Shown: piece after piece, positions 46,193 through 56,864 of the stretch
Numbering within the stretch: position 1 is the first letter of the stretch
Layout of the letters: every line of letters starts with the position of its first letter
NCBI GenBank assembly: GCA_963753595.1
Contig: CAVWCX010000024.1
Span: 64,001-128,000 of the forward strand
DNA length: 64,000 nucleotides
From: Candidatus Methanoperedenaceae archaeon
GTDB lineage: Archaea > Halobacteriota > Methanosarcinia > Methanosarcinales > Methanoperedenaceae
Direction: 5' to 3'
Translations under genes and position numbers: made by a program
The notes under the pieces: generated by a model
What the model was told of the DNA's origin: nothing
What the model saw: only the letters and a program-made list of their open reading frames with translations
Database searches by the model: none

Positions 46193-47056
46193 ATGGCAAA
46201 AGACAGACATGTTATGGAAGCACTCGGAAAAACCCGGGTAGTTGTTGAGAACGGAAAAGTCATTGAAGTCAGTGAACCTCAGACAGAATATTGCCCGATA
46301 TTCGATAAGGTGCGCGGGATAAAGAAATTCACTTCAAAGACCGCAAAGGAAAATATCGAGTTCAGGATAAAGGATTTCGGCCTTTTCACAAAGGACAGGG
46401 CTATTGAAATGGAAATATTCGTCGGGTTCGGGGCAAGCGAGACATTCATGACAGGATTGCGCCGGGGTCTTATTGATACCAGTGTGACCGCATGCGATGG
46501 CGCAGGCACTGTGATCACGAGCAATCCAAAACTGGCGCAGGGTATGGGTTCCCGCATTTCAGGACTGTCAGAGACAACGCCTATTCCGAAGCTTATTGAA
46601 CGGATACAGGAAGTCAATGGAATCGTTCTTAATCCTGCAACGGCTGCTCTTGACCAGGTGGCAGGCGTGAAAAAAGCGATAGAAATGGGTTATAAAAAAA
46701 TAGGGGTTTCCGTAACAAATGCCAGGGATGTCCGGGAAATGAGGGCTCTTGAGAAAAAATATAATGTCCAGGTGATCGCATTCGGTGTCCATACTACAGG
46801 TATGCCTGAGAATGAGGCAAAAGAATTCGTAGACCTTGTGGATATGACCACAGGATGTACTTCAAAATGGATACGCGGCTGCGTGGGCGGAAAAACCATT
46901 GCCCAATTCGGTACTGCGATCCCCATATTTGCAATAACACAATGCGGCAAAGAGATGCTGCTTGAGCGGGCAAAAGAAGTAACTGATCCGATCCTGATAA
47001 ATACGATGAAACTGCCTGTGCAGCCGGATGAGAAGCAGCCAAGGCCGCTGATTTAA
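46193..47056 (+). CDS. Methanogenesis marker protein 8 (DUF2099)
   Basis: DRHVMEALGKTRVVV, YCPIF, FVGFGASE, ACDGAGTVI, QGMGSRISGL, FGVHTTG. Confidence 0.85.
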   Translation: MAKDRHVMEALGKTRVVVENGKVIEVSEPQTEYCPIFDKVRGIKKFTSKTAKENIEFRIKDFGLFTKDRAIEMEIFVGFGASETFMTGLRRGLIDTSVTACDGAGTVITSNPKLAQGMGSRISGLSETTPIPKLIERIQEVNGIVLNPATAALDQVAGVKKAIEMGYKKIGVSVTNARDVREMRALEKKYNVQVIAFGVHTTGMPENEAKEFVDLVDMTTGCTSKWIRGCVGGKTIAQFGTAIPIFAITQCGKEMLLERAKEVTDPILINTMKLPVQPDEKQPRPLI

Positions 47057-47074
47057 AATGAATAGAAAAAAACA

Positions 47075-47128
47075 ACGAACTAAACGAACTGTTACGAACT
47101 CCGGCAGCATGAGTTCGTTTCAGTTCGT
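47075..47128. repeat. Periodic palindrome (CGAACT core)
   Basis: ACGAACTAAACGAACTGTTACGAACTC...GAGTTCGTTTCAGTTCGT; same family as 31649-31700. Confidence 0.8.
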
Positions 47129-47221
47129 ACAAGTTATTTGTTAATTTTTTTTATACAGGGCACAAAGCAGAGCTTGTGTTTTGATGGAGTTTATCGCTTT
47201 TTTGAGCGGAGAAAAGCGATC

Positions 47222-47727
47222 TTAAAAAGATGTATTAAAAATCTCCTTCATTTCCAAAATCTCTTTCATATGCTTTGTATCCAATCCATTTCTTTTACAT
47301 ATACCAAATAATGGAAAGTCATCTGTAAGGACTAAAGCATCATTTTCCTTTGCTGCCATAATAATTGAGACATCGGTAAATCCAAATTTAGCTAATTCTT
47401 GAGAACCAAGAATATCATTCTTAGGAATATATTTTTCACAAACTTTTTCAAGTAGTGCTTTATTTTTTCCAATAATTTCGGAGAACGTATCGGAGTTATT
47501 TTTTAGCTCTTTTGCAAAATTCGATACTTCAGCTAATATTTGCGGCGTTACTATTACTCTCCTTGTCGCCACAAATTGAAATAGCAAATCAAAATCATCC
47601 GAATCATATTTAGAGAGTCTTTTGAAACCTTTTATGATGCTTTTATCATAGGATCCAATTAAAAGTAATAATAATGGACTGGTATCAGTGATAATTGTTT
47701 TTTCCTAGTCTTTAATTTCTTCGACAT
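47222..47727 (-). pseudogene. PIN-domain protein with a one-base frameshift in an A6 run near its start
   Basis: ATG at 47727 after GGAG gives MSKKLKTRK; the PIN frame KTIITDTSPLLLL...TPQILAEVSN...GFTDVSI...LTDD is offset by one base (506 nt in total). Confidence 0.7.
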
Positions 47728-47929
47728 AAAGTATTTCTCCAGTGTCATTAGAGACTCCTATCTCATATGATATTGGTTCTTCGTCGAAGACATTCTGGAC
47801 ATCGCATTCAACAATCCACTCATCTTCTTCTTCTTCATACCTAACATTTCTGACATCAAATATGAACTTGATTTTTTTAATGCTCTCAAAGTATTCTCTC
47901 ACTGCCATAGTGGCTTCTGTTGCGTCCAT
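47705..47929 (-). CDS. Small acidic PepSY-like protein, probable partner of the PIN protein
   Basis: EA...VREYF...W.V.C...YEI.VSNDTGEI; overlaps the PIN start. Confidence 0.65.
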   Translation of the reverse strand: MDATEATMAVREYFESIKKIKFIFDVRNVRYEEEEDEWIVECDVQNVFDEEPISYEIGVSNDTGEILYVEEIKD

Positions 47930-48036
47930 TATATCACCTTGAGTCTTGGATTGTTATTTTGTCGTATATAAGTTCCTAATGGTAAACATCCTTCTGGCAA
48001 TTACTTATTTATTTCTAAAAAACCTATTATCGGCAA

Positions 48037-49281
48037 ATGCCTACCATAAGTGAAAAAATACTTTCCCGCGCTTCAGGTAAACCTGCGCTGGCTGATGATT
48101 TTGTAATAGCTGACATAGATTATGCGATGGCGCATGACGGGACAAGTATCCTTGCCGTGAAGGCCTTCAAGGAAATGGGTGTGAAGAAAGTATGGAAACC
48201 TGACAGGATAATTATTCCATTTGACCACATAGCGCCAGCCAATAATGAAACTGCGGCAAAACTTCACAAAAGCACAAGGCAGTGGATAAAAGAACAGGGG
48301 ATCACAAATTTCTTCGATGTTGGCGAAGGTATCTGCCACCAGGTCCTTCCTGAGCAGGGTTTTGCCATGCCTGGAAAACTCATAATCGGAGCTGATTCGC
48401 ATTCATGCACTTACGGCGCCTTCGGGGCTTTTGCAACAGGGGTCGGTGCTACTGATATGGCTGAGATATTCGCAAGCGGCAAATTGTGGCTGCGTGTCCC
48501 GCAAACAATAAAGATCACGGTGGAAGGAAAACTCGCAAAAGGCGTATCAGCAAAGGACATGACACTTTTCATAATTAAGAATGTTGGGGCTGACGGGGCT
48601 AATTATAAAGCGATCGAATATTACGGAAGCGCTATCAGTGAACTGTCAATGTCAGAACGCATGACCCTTTGCAACATGTCAATAGAGATGGGAGCAAAGA
48701 CGGGCATCGTGCCTGCTGATGAAAAAACGTTTGAATACCTGGAAGGGCGATCTCGTGAAAAATTCGATGCTGTTTATGCAGATAAGGATGCGAAATATTG
48801 CGATGAATATAATTTCGATGCAGGAGACATTGAACCGCAAATTGCAAAACCGCATGAGGTGGATAATGTATCTGGAGTTGGAACACTTCTGGGCACGCCG
48901 CTTGACCAGGTTTTCATAGGCTCATGCACGAACGGGAGATTTGAGGACCTGGAAGTTGTGGCAAATATCCTTTCCGGGAAAAAGGTAAAAGTCAGGACAA
49001 TCGTGCTTCCTGCATCGCGTTCTGTCCTTATAAAAGCAACTGAATCGGGTATCATTTCCACTCTTCTTAAAGCCGGCGCCATTATCGCGCCGCCCGGCTG
49101 CGGACCCTGTCTTGGCGCCCATATGGGTGTAATATGCGAGGGCGAAACATGCCTCTCCACATCCAACCGCAATTTCAAGGGCAGGATGGGGGCTGGCGGG
49201 TTGATTTATCTCTCTTCGCCTGAGACTGCGGCGGCAAGCGCGCTGAAAGGGGAGATCGCAGACCCGAGAGATGTTGTTTGA
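48037..49281 (+). CDS. Isopropylmalate/homoaconitate dehydratase large subunit (LeuC/AksD family)
   Basis: [45 protein letters not shown]. Confidence 0.93.
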   Translation: MPTISEKILSRASGKPALADDFVIADIDYAMAHDGTSILAVKAFKEMGVKKVWKPDRIIIPFDHIAPANNETAAKLHKSTRQWIKEQGITNFFDVGEGICHQVLPEQGFAMPGKLIIGADSHSCTYGAFGAFATGVGATDMAEIFASGKLWLRVPQTIKITVEGKLAKGVSAKDMTLFIIKNVGADGANYKAIEYYGSAISELSMSERMTLCNMSIEMGAKTGIVPADEKTFEYLEGRSREKFDAVYADKDAKYCDEYNFDAGDIEPQIAKPHEVDNVSGVGTLLGTPLDQVFIGSCTNGRFEDLEVVANILSGKKVKVRTIVLPASRSVLIKATESGIISTLLKAGAIIAPPGCGPCLGAHMGVICEGETCLSTSNRNFKGRMGAGGLIYLSSPETAAASALKGEIADPRDVV

Positions 49282-49293
49282 AATCAGGAAATA

Positions 49294-50067
49294 TTAGCCG
49301 TTTTTCCGTTTTTTGCGATAATCCATAATTACGAGTAGTGCAACTACAAACAGGCATCCAAGAAGGAATAAGAGTCCGGGGTGTGCATTGATCGTGTTTG
49401 CCAGACTTGTGAATATATCCGGCGCTGCCTTGCTTATTGCGCCATTATCCAGGGGCTGTACAGGAACACCAGTAGTAGCATTGGCATCCAGTGCATTTAT
49501 TGATGTAATGGCAGCGACATCTCCACTTTTTACAGTCTCATTGATAATACTTACAGGAGTGGATGTAATAGCAGGTGCCTGAATGGCCTTAGAGGCAACA
49601 GGCAATGAATATGATTCAGTTGTTACTTGCATCTCGTCAGCGTTTCTTCCAATGTTTCTCATGAACAATTCGATCAAACCTGAAGCAAACACTGCTGCCA
49701 ATATTACCCCCAGGTACTTCCTGAGCATATCACCGACAGATTTCCTGTCTGTCTTTTCAGGCAATAAAACGATGAGTTTTCTAACAGGAGCATAGATCTT
49801 TACCTCCCTTCCCTTTTCGCTATATTTTATCTTATCGATCTTTATCAGTCCAACGCTCTCCAGATTCTCAAGGTTGTAAGCGATGGTCGTAAGGGGTATC
49901 TGCAGACTCTGTGCAATATCTGAGGCGGAAAGAGGCGCATCAGCCAGAAGCTCGAGTATCTGCCTTGCTGTATCGTTTGAGATTACCTGCGTCATCTTCC
50001 TGGATTCTTCTCCAAGCGGCAGTATTATGAGCTTTTCGTCACCCGTATATTTTTCATTTTCTGGCAT
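49294..50067 (-). CDS. ArsR-type wHTH regulator with two TM helices
   Basis: ISNDTARQILELL, SASDIA...PLTTIAYNLENL...GLI, YSEKGREVKIY. Confidence 0.8.
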   Translation of the reverse strand: MPENEKYTGDEKLIILPLGEESRKMTQVISNDTARQILELLADAPLSASDIAQSLQIPLTTIAYNLENLESVGLIKIDKIKYSEKGREVKIYAPVRKLIVLLPEKTDRKSVGDMLRKYLGVILAAVFASGLIELFMRNIGRNADEMQVTTESYSLPVASKAIQAPAITSTPVSIINETVKSGDVAAITSINALDANATTGVPVQPLDNGAISKAAPDIFTSLANTINAHPGLLFLLGCLFVVALLVIMDYRKKRKNG

Positions 50068-50216
50068 TGTTATTATTAATAGGCAAGGATATTAAAAGAG
50101 ATTGCTATAACTACGAATGTATTCGTACCAAAAACAGCCTGTTAAATCCACTTCGTTATTTGACGATGCCAGTTTCGTTAGTTTTATATGCCATCAAATC
50201 TATACCTCGGTTTAAT

Positions 50217-51014
50217 ATGACTGAAAAAGCAGATATTGCTTCGACTCCGGTGTCTCCTACTTCTGGTAATCCTCCATTAATGAACGGTTCTTATCATGAC
50301 CTGAAGAACAGACTGGCTGAAAAAATGGCAGGCGAGATAACTTTATCGGATAATCCCGGTGATACATTAAAGAAATGGCGGGCAGGCTTTGATATCTCAC
50401 AATCAGACCTTGCTTCTTTTCTCAAAGTCTCCCCATCCGTTATAAGCGATTATGAAAGCGGAAGGAGAAAATCCCCTGGAATTTTCATTGTAAGCAAGAT
50501 AGTAGAAGCAATACTTGAAATGGATACTGCGCGCGGCGGTGCAAAAATCCGTACTTATGAAGGAATGCTCCGGGGTGGTTTTAGCGCTGATGCCATTTAT
50601 GATATTCATGAGTATCTTTCCCCAATGTCCATAGAAGAACTCATAAAACTCGTGAATGGGGAAGTGGTTTACAGCCCTCCCGCTGAACTTGTAAAACCAT
50701 TGTACGGTTATACAATTGTGGACAGCTTAAGAGCGATCCTCCAGCTATCTTACAATGAATTCCAGAAGTTATATGGCTGGAGCTCCGAAAGGGCCATGAT
50801 CTTCACCCAGGTATCAACAGGAAGATCTCCCATGGTTGCCCTGAGAGTAACAAACCTGAAGCCTGCGTTGGTAGTCATTCATGGAATTCCGGCATCTCAG
50901 GTGGACAAAATAGCAGCAAAGATTGCAGAGATCGAACATGTTCCGCTTATTGCGACGGTTATGCCAATGCCGGACCTGATCCGCGCTCTTGCATCTCATG
51001 ACCTTAAACATTAA
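50217..51014 (+). CDS. XRE-type HTH regulator conserved upstream of archaeal HMG-CoA synthase (COG1709-like)
   Basis: KMAGEITLS, LKKWR, SPSVISDYESGRRKSPG, YGYTIVDS, STGRSPMVALRV. Confidence 0.85.
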   Translation: MTEKADIASTPVSPTSGNPPLMNGSYHDLKNRLAEKMAGEITLSDNPGDTLKKWRAGFDISQSDLASFLKVSPSVISDYESGRRKSPGIFIVSKIVEAILEMDTARGGAKIRTYEGMLRGGFSADAIYDIHEYLSPMSIEELIKLVNGEVVYSPPAELVKPLYGYTIVDSLRAILQLSYNEFQKLYGWSSERAMIFTQVSTGRSPMVALRVTNLKPALVVIHGIPASQVDKIAAKIAEIEHVPLIATVMPMPDLIRALASHDLKH

Positions 51015-51074
51015 TATTATTATCATATTATTAGCAGTATTATTTAATATTTAACAAAAAAAAGGAGTAGAAAA

Positions 51075-52115
51075 ATGAATGTTGGAATCGTTTCATATGG
51101 CGCTTACATACCCAGATACAGGATACGGGTTGAAGAGATAGCAAAGGTATGGGGCGCAAACGCAAATAGTATAATTGATGGGCTTATGGTTTTTGAAAAA
51201 TCAGTGCCGGATCTTGATGAGGACACAATAACGATCGCAGTAGAAGCGGCACGTCATGCAATTATCCGGGCAGGAATTAATCCTGAAAAAATAGGGGCCG
51301 TGTATACAGGTTCGGAAAGCCATCCTTATGCAGTTAAGCCATCAAGCACTGTTGTCGCCGAAGCTATCGGGGCTACACCTGACCTCACGGTCGCTGATTT
51401 TGAGTTCGCATGCAAGGCCGGGACTGCTGCTATCCAGACATGCATGGGTATGGTAGAAACAGGAATGATCGAGCTTGGTATGGCAATCGGTTCCGATGTT
51501 TCACAGGGTGCGCCCGGAGATGCGCTTGAATATACTGCTGCCGCAGGCGGAGTAGCCTATATTATCGGAAAGAAAGACCAGATTGCTAATATCGAAGCCA
51601 CATATTCATACACCACAGATACACCTGACTTCTGGAGAAGGGAAGGAATGCCTTATCCAGAGCACGGGGGAAGATTCACTGGAGAACCAGGATACTTCAA
51701 ACATGTTTCATCTGCTGCCGAGGGCCTTATGAAAAGAATGGGAACAAAGCCTTCAGATTACAATTATGCGATATTCCACCAGCCAAATGGCAAGTTCCCA
51801 ACGCGTGTGGCAAAAATGCTTGGTTTTACCAGTGAGCAGATAAAACCAGGGCTTGTGGTTCCGCGTCTTGGAAATACATATTCAGGTTCTTGTATGATGG
51901 GACTTGCAGCAACCCTTGACATTGCAAAAGCGGGAGACCGGATATTCATGACTTCATTCGGTTCGGGCGCAGGAAGCGATGCTTTCAGCTTTACGGTGAC
52001 AGACAGGATCAATGAAATACGAAATGGAGCGCCGAGCGTTGAAAAATTGCTGGCTGATCCTATATATATCAATTATGCGACCTATGCGAGACATAAAAAT
52101 AAAATTAAGTTATAA
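51075..52115 (+). CDS. Archaeal hydroxymethylglutaryl-CoA synthase
   Basis: [43 protein letters not shown]. Confidence 0.95.
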   Translation: MNVGIVSYGAYIPRYRIRVEEIAKVWGANANSIIDGLMVFEKSVPDLDEDTITIAVEAARHAIIRAGINPEKIGAVYTGSESHPYAVKPSSTVVAEAIGATPDLTVADFEFACKAGTAAIQTCMGMVETGMIELGMAIGSDVSQGAPGDALEYTAAAGGVAYIIGKKDQIANIEATYSYTTDTPDFWRREGMPYPEHGGRFTGEPGYFKHVSSAAEGLMKRMGTKPSDYNYAIFHQPNGKFPTRVAKMLGFTSEQIKPGLVVPRLGNTYSGSCMMGLAATLDIAKAGDRIFMTSFGSGAGSDAFSFTVTDRINEIRNGAPSVEKLLADPIYINYATYARHKNKIKL

Positions 52116-52159
52116 AATTATATTATAATGTCAAATGAATTAAATTATAAGGTGAAAAA

Positions 52160-53329
52160 ATGAGAGATGTGGCAATTATCGGAGTCGGATGCACGGAATT
52201 CGGCGAATTATGGGATAAATCCTTCAGGGAGTTATTTGTAGAAGCTGGCGTGAGCGCGATAGAAGATGCCAATGTTCAGGGCGGGAAGATCGATGCGCTT
52301 TATGTGGGAAATATGAGCGGAGGGCGGTTTATTGAACAGGAGCATCTTGGAGCGCTTATTGCGGATTACTCCGGCCTGGCCAGCCTTCATATCCCTTCAA
52401 CACGGGTGGAAGCAGCCTGCGCCTCGGGCGGGCTTGCATTGCGCCAGGGTATACTTGCAGTGGCATCAGGTTATCATGATATTGTGGTAGCAGGAGGGGC
52501 TGAAAAAATGACCGATGTGGGTGTTGAGACGACAACTGATGCTCTTGCAGCGGCTGCTGACAGGGAATGGGAAGGCATTATGGGTGCCACATTCCCCGGC
52601 CTGTATGCCATGATAGCAAGGCTTCACATGCATAAATATGGTACAACACAGGAACAGCTGGCAGCAGTGGCGGTAAAGAACCACCACAATGGTACAATGA
52701 ATCCAAAAGCACAGTTCCAGAATGAAATTTCAATTGAAACTGTAATTAATTCCCTTATGGTCGCAGACCCCTTGCGGGTCTTTGATTGTTCCCCGATAAC
52801 AGATGGCGCTTCGGCTGTGGTAATTGCACCGGCTGAAATCGCAAAGAAATATTGTGACACTCCTGTCTATGTAAAAGCCTCAGCACAGGCAAGCGGCACA
52901 ATTTCGCTTCATGACAGGCCTGATATTACAACGCTGGATGCGACTGTGGCAGCAGCGAACTGGGCTTATAAAATGGCAAAACTCAAGCCAAAGGATATTG
53001 GCTTTGCAGAAGTTCATGATTGTTTCACGATCGCCGAGATATGTGCTATTGAAGACCTTGGATTTGTCAAGAAAGGAGAAGGCGGACCGGCAACAGAATC
53101 AGGCATGACTGCTCTTGGCGGTAAAATCCCTATAAACCCATCCGGAGGATTAAAAGCATGCGGACATCCTGTTGGAGCTACGGGTGTAAAACAGGCGGTT
53201 GAAATAACACTTCAACTGCGTGGTGAAGCCGGGAAGCGGCAGATAAACGGCGCCGAGATTGGTCTTACGCATAATGTCGGCGGTTCGGGCGGAACTGCTG
53301 TCGTTCATATTTTCGGGAGGGAGAAATAA
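52160..53329 (+). CDS. Acetoacetyl-CoA thiolase
   Basis: [35 protein letters not shown]. Confidence 0.95.
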   Translation: MRDVAIIGVGCTEFGELWDKSFRELFVEAGVSAIEDANVQGGKIDALYVGNMSGGRFIEQEHLGALIADYSGLASLHIPSTRVEAACASGGLALRQGILAVASGYHDIVVAGGAEKMTDVGVETTTDALAAAADREWEGIMGATFPGLYAMIARLHMHKYGTTQEQLAAVAVKNHHNGTMNPKAQFQNEISIETVINSLMVADPLRVFDCSPITDGASAVVIAPAEIAKKYCDTPVYVKASAQASGTISLHDRPDITTLDATVAAANWAYKMAKLKPKDIGFAEVHDCFTIAEICAIEDLGFVKKGEGGPATESGMTALGGKIPINPSGGLKACGHPVGATGVKQAVEITLQLRGEAGKRQINGAEIGLTHNVGGSGGTAVVHIFGREK

Positions 53330-53331
53330 GT

Positions 53332-53733
53332 ATGTCAGTCCCAAGATTTTGGAGAAGACTTAAAAATCTTTATAATCTCATCGGAACGCACTGTGAAAAA
53401 TGCGGTGGTTTTTTCTATCCACCCAGGAACATGTGCCCCAAATGCAGAAGGAACGGTATAGTAAATCCTTTCAAATTCAAAGGGGCCGGTGAAGTTGTAA
53501 CATATACTATCGTGCATACAGCTGCGAAAGATTATGCAAAACTTACCCCTTATATTCTTGCTATAATAAAACTGGATGAAGGTCCAAGGCTTACATCCCA
53601 GGTAATATGTGACCATTCACAGATCCGTATTGGTATGCGTGTCAAGTCAGCTTTCAGGAAGCTCGGCGAGGAAAGTGATAAGGGAATGATATATTACGGG
53701 ACAAAATTTGTCCCGATGGAAGAAAAAGCCTGA
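53332..53733 (+). CDS. DUF35 Zn-ribbon/OB-fold scaffold of the thiolase-HMGCS complex
   Basis: CEKCG...PPR..CPKC; G.V.TYT; YGTKF. Confidence 0.92.
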   Translation: MSVPRFWRRLKNLYNLIGTHCEKCGGFFYPPRNMCPKCRRNGIVNPFKFKGAGEVVTYTIVHTAAKDYAKLTPYILAIIKLDEGPRLTSQVICDHSQIRIGMRVKSAFRKLGEESDKGMIYYGTKFVPMEEKA

Positions 53734-53826
53734 TTATTTCATTTTAATTTTTTTAATGACTCGTTACATCATTATGGTGTAATTACTCGTTACATTCATT
53801 ATAGTGAATAGAGTATATAAGAACAG

Positions 53827-54909
53827 ATGAATAATACTCAAAATGCATCCATGACAGAACAGGAGCTTAGAGAGAAAATAAACCAGGTTTTTTCTATATA
53901 TGATATCCAGCATGTGGATGGCAATATTTATTTTTTTGGCACCCCAAAGGAGGATATTAAGATCATCTTCCAGAAGCTATGGCCGCTCCTTTCTGAAAAA
54001 GGTTTCCAGTTCACAATAAAATATGATCTTGGCGAACACATTCTCATAGCATCGCCATTCTCACCTGCAAAAGAACGCCTCTGGATAAATTATGTACTGG
54101 CTATTGTTACGATCTTCACCACGATGATCGTGGGTTCTTATCTTTATGGCGCGAATCCGCTCCAATTCCCGGCTGATGTCCTGAAAGGATTACCTTTTAC
54201 AATCGCGATCATGACCGTACTTGGCGCACATGAGGCAGGACATTACATTGTAGCAAAAAAGCATGGTATGCAAACGTCTTTGCCTTATTTTATCCCATTT
54301 CCGAACATGATAGGCACAATGGGCGCTGTGATCAAACACCGTGGACCGATACCCAACCGTAAAGCCCTGTTTGATGTAGGTATTTCAGGTCCTCTTATCG
54401 GGCTTTTTGTATCGATTGTCGTAACCATCATTGGTCTGCTTCAACCTCCAGTCCCCCAAACATCAGATTATTTTCAAATTCAACTTTCTAATCCATTATT
54501 ATTTGAATTTATAACTCGCTTTATCCCGTTGAATACTGTGTTGATCTCGTATCCGATCGCATTTGCAGGCTGGGTGGGAATGTTCGTGACAGCCCTGAAT
54601 CTTATTCCGGCCGGACAACTTGATGGGGGTCATGTTCTTCGCGCAATGATCGGTGAGAAAGCAAAAGAAGTGTCAAGAATAATTCCATTCATACTTATTT
54701 CTCTTGGTTTCTATGTTACATATATCCTGAACCACGAGGGTTCTATATGGGTTTTATGGGGTATCTTCCTCTCGTTTTTTGCCGCAGCAGGCCATCCCAG
54801 GCCTCTTGATGACGATATACCTCTCGGGAAAGAAAGGATGGCATTAGGGATAATTACTTTTTTCCTGGGATTGCTGTGTTTTACTATTGTGCCTTTCCAG
54901 TTGGGGTAA
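53827..54909 (+). CDS. Site-2 protease (M50)
   Basis: HEAGH; GTMGAVI; NLIPAGQLDGGH. Confidence 0.92.
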   Translation: MNNTQNASMTEQELREKINQVFSIYDIQHVDGNIYFFGTPKEDIKIIFQKLWPLLSEKGFQFTIKYDLGEHILIASPFSPAKERLWINYVLAIVTIFTTMIVGSYLYGANPLQFPADVLKGLPFTIAIMTVLGAHEAGHYIVAKKHGMQTSLPYFIPFPNMIGTMGAVIKHRGPIPNRKALFDVGISGPLIGLFVSIVVTIIGLLQPPVPQTSDYFQIQLSNPLLFEFITRFIPLNTVLISYPIAFAGWVGMFVTALNLIPAGQLDGGHVLRAMIGEKAKEVSRIIPFILISLGFYVTYILNHEGSIWVLWGIFLSFFAAAGHPRPLDDDIPLGKERMALGIITFFLGLLCFTIVPFQLG

Positions 54910-54984
54910 TTTGAAGAATGATAATAATTAATATTTAAAAAAAAACAATATAATTAAATTAAAAAGAATAATAATAATAATACC

Positions 54985-55833
54985 ATGTCAAAAAACAAAG
55001 ATCTTCAAATTATTGTATTTTTATTAATTTTATTAAATATATTTATATTATTTGAACCTTTAAACAAAACGATCTTGCGACCCCTCCTTGGTATTTCTTT
55101 TATTTTATTCGTGCCAGGATATACTTTAATCGCAGCCCTATTTCCTGGGAAAAACGATATTGACAATATAGAACGTATCGCTTTAAGTTTTGGCTTGAGT
55201 ATTGCGATAGTGCCGTTGATCGGGTTGGGATTAAACTTCACCCCTTTTGGAATAAGACTTATTCCTATTCTATACAGTATCTCCGTTTTTATATTGACAA
55301 TGTGTTTAATAACTTATTTCAGAAGATTGAAATTACCTGAAAATGAAACAGATAAAGTAAATTTTTCAAAACTTATTCACAAACTAAAAGAGACGATAAA
55401 TGGAGAATCAAGGCTTGATAAATTCCTCACAATAATACTTATTCTTTCGATTATCACTTCAGCAATTATATTGATCTATGTGGTAATAACGCCTAGACAA
55501 AGTGAGAAATTTACAGAATTTTATATATTAGGAAATGAAGGGAAAGCAGATAATTATCCAACACAGCTGGAGTATGGAAATAATAACAGTTTGATCGTAG
55601 GTATAGTTAATCATGAATATATTTCAACAAATTATACTTTTAGGATAATGTTGGAAAATAATACTTTGATTTCAAAACACATCCAATTGGAGCACAATTC
55701 AACATGGGAAGAAAAGATTTTTTTCACTCCGGAATTGAAAGGTAATAATCTTAAACTTGAATTATTACTTTATAGAGAAAATAATTTTACAGCGCCATAC
55801 AGGGATCTGCATTTATGGATAAATGTAATTTAA
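54985..55833 (+). CDS. DUF1616 membrane protein
   Basis: LFVPGY, ERIALSFGLSI, LNFTPFGI, FTEFYILG..GKA.NYP, PYRDLHLWINV. Confidence 0.85.
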   Translation: MSKNKDLQIIVFLLILLNIFILFEPLNKTILRPLLGISFILFVPGYTLIAALFPGKNDIDNIERIALSFGLSIAIVPLIGLGLNFTPFGIRLIPILYSISVFILTMCLITYFRRLKLPENETDKVNFSKLIHKLKETINGESRLDKFLTIILILSIITSAIILIYVVITPRQSEKFTEFYILGNEGKADNYPTQLEYGNNNSLIVGIVNHEYISTNYTFRIMLENNTLISKHIQLEHNSTWEEKIFFTPELKGNNLKLELLLYRENNFTAPYRDLHLWINVI

Positions 55834-56579
55834 AAAATTACGAGTTATTATCAATACTTTTGATCATCACAGCAGAAATCTTATTATTCTCGGGACAAAG
55901 GCTCGGCTCAATAGCAGTGCATTCAATAAACCTTATTTTAATAATAATATTAATCATTTCAAGAAAAAGAGAAAATATCATTCAATCTCTTTCCCTGGTT
56001 TCACTTCTTCGCATTGTTAATATATCGCTGCCCATATTTTTTTCCTTTACTATTTACTGGCTTGCGTCTTTATATATAATATTGTTTATTCCTATGATTT
56101 TAATAATAAAAGAACAGCGATTGACCAAGAGATATATTGGATTAACCTTTAAAAACATATATCTATTGCCGCTTTCTATTCTTCTGGGAATAGGGTTTGC
56201 CTTTTTCGAATATATTATTCTTGTACCAAATCCAATGATCCCTGAACCAAATTTTTCTAATTTATTTATTCTTAGTATTATAATGATTTTTTTCATAGGC
56301 CTGTGTGAAGAGTTAATATTCAGGTCGCTGCTCCAGCAAAGTATAGAAGAAAAATCCGGACCAATAATTGGACTGCTTATTGCAGGTCTGATATTTGGTT
56401 TCATGCATTCGGGATATTCAAATTATTCTGAAATCCTTTTTGCATTTCTTGCAGGATTAGTTCTTGGATTTAGCTTTCAGGTAACAAGAAGTCTCCCATT
56501 TGTTGTAATAGCACATGGAGTAAATAATATTGTTTTATTCGGTGTATTACCTTTTATTATAAAATTTCTGAAATCTTAA
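55815..56579 (+). CDS. CPBP (CAAX/Abi) intramembrane metalloprotease
   Basis: EELIFR, FGFMH, AHGVNN. Confidence 0.88.
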   Translation: MDKCNLKNYELLSILLIITAEILLFSGQRLGSIAVHSINLILIIILIISRKRENIIQSLSLVSLLRIVNISLPIFFSFTIYWLASLYIILFIPMILIIKEQRLTKRYIGLTFKNIYLLPLSILLGIGFAFFEYIILVPNPMIPEPNFSNLFILSIIMIFFIGLCEELIFRSLLQQSIEEKSGPIIGLLIAGLIFGFMHSGYSNYSEILFAFLAGLVLGFSFQVTRSLPFVVIAHGVNNIVLFGVLPFIIKFLKS

Positions 56580-56814
56580 AAATAACAATAGATGAAAAGA
56601 TGAGCAGTAATGGTAATATCATTGTATCAAAAACATTTGAAATTTCATCATTCCAGTAACTGCTTGCCGATAATATTTCTTTGGAAGAAAGTAGCAATAT
56701 CAATAAAATGGTTGCCAGAACACCGCCGATGGCCAAGCCAGTTACTGAGGTCATTGATATGGCGCTTGATACTGCACTGCTAGCACTTGAAACTGAGACC
56801 ACCGCACTTATCAT
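56557..56814 (-). CDS. Small hydrophobic membrane protein
   Basis: Ser-rich N-terminus, two TM segments around LSSKEI; ATG start. Confidence 0.55.
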   Translation of the reverse strand: MISAVVSVSSASSAVSSAISMTSVTGLAIGGVLATILLILLLSSKEILSASSYWNDEISNVFDTMILPLLLIFSSIVIFKISEIL

Positions 56815-56864
56815 TAAATGTTAAATAGAAAACTATATGCATATACTTTTCGTAAGGTGGTAAA

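Noticed and set aside
47700-47710. Pyrrolysine readthrough fusing the small protein to PIN
   Set aside because: No pyl genes in the window, and an RBS-preceded out-of-frame ATG with a homopolymer run is a simpler explanation.
50217-53733. HTH-HMGCS-thiolase-DUF35 cluster as a novelty
   Set aside because: Well-known conserved archaeal mevalonate-pathway arrangement.
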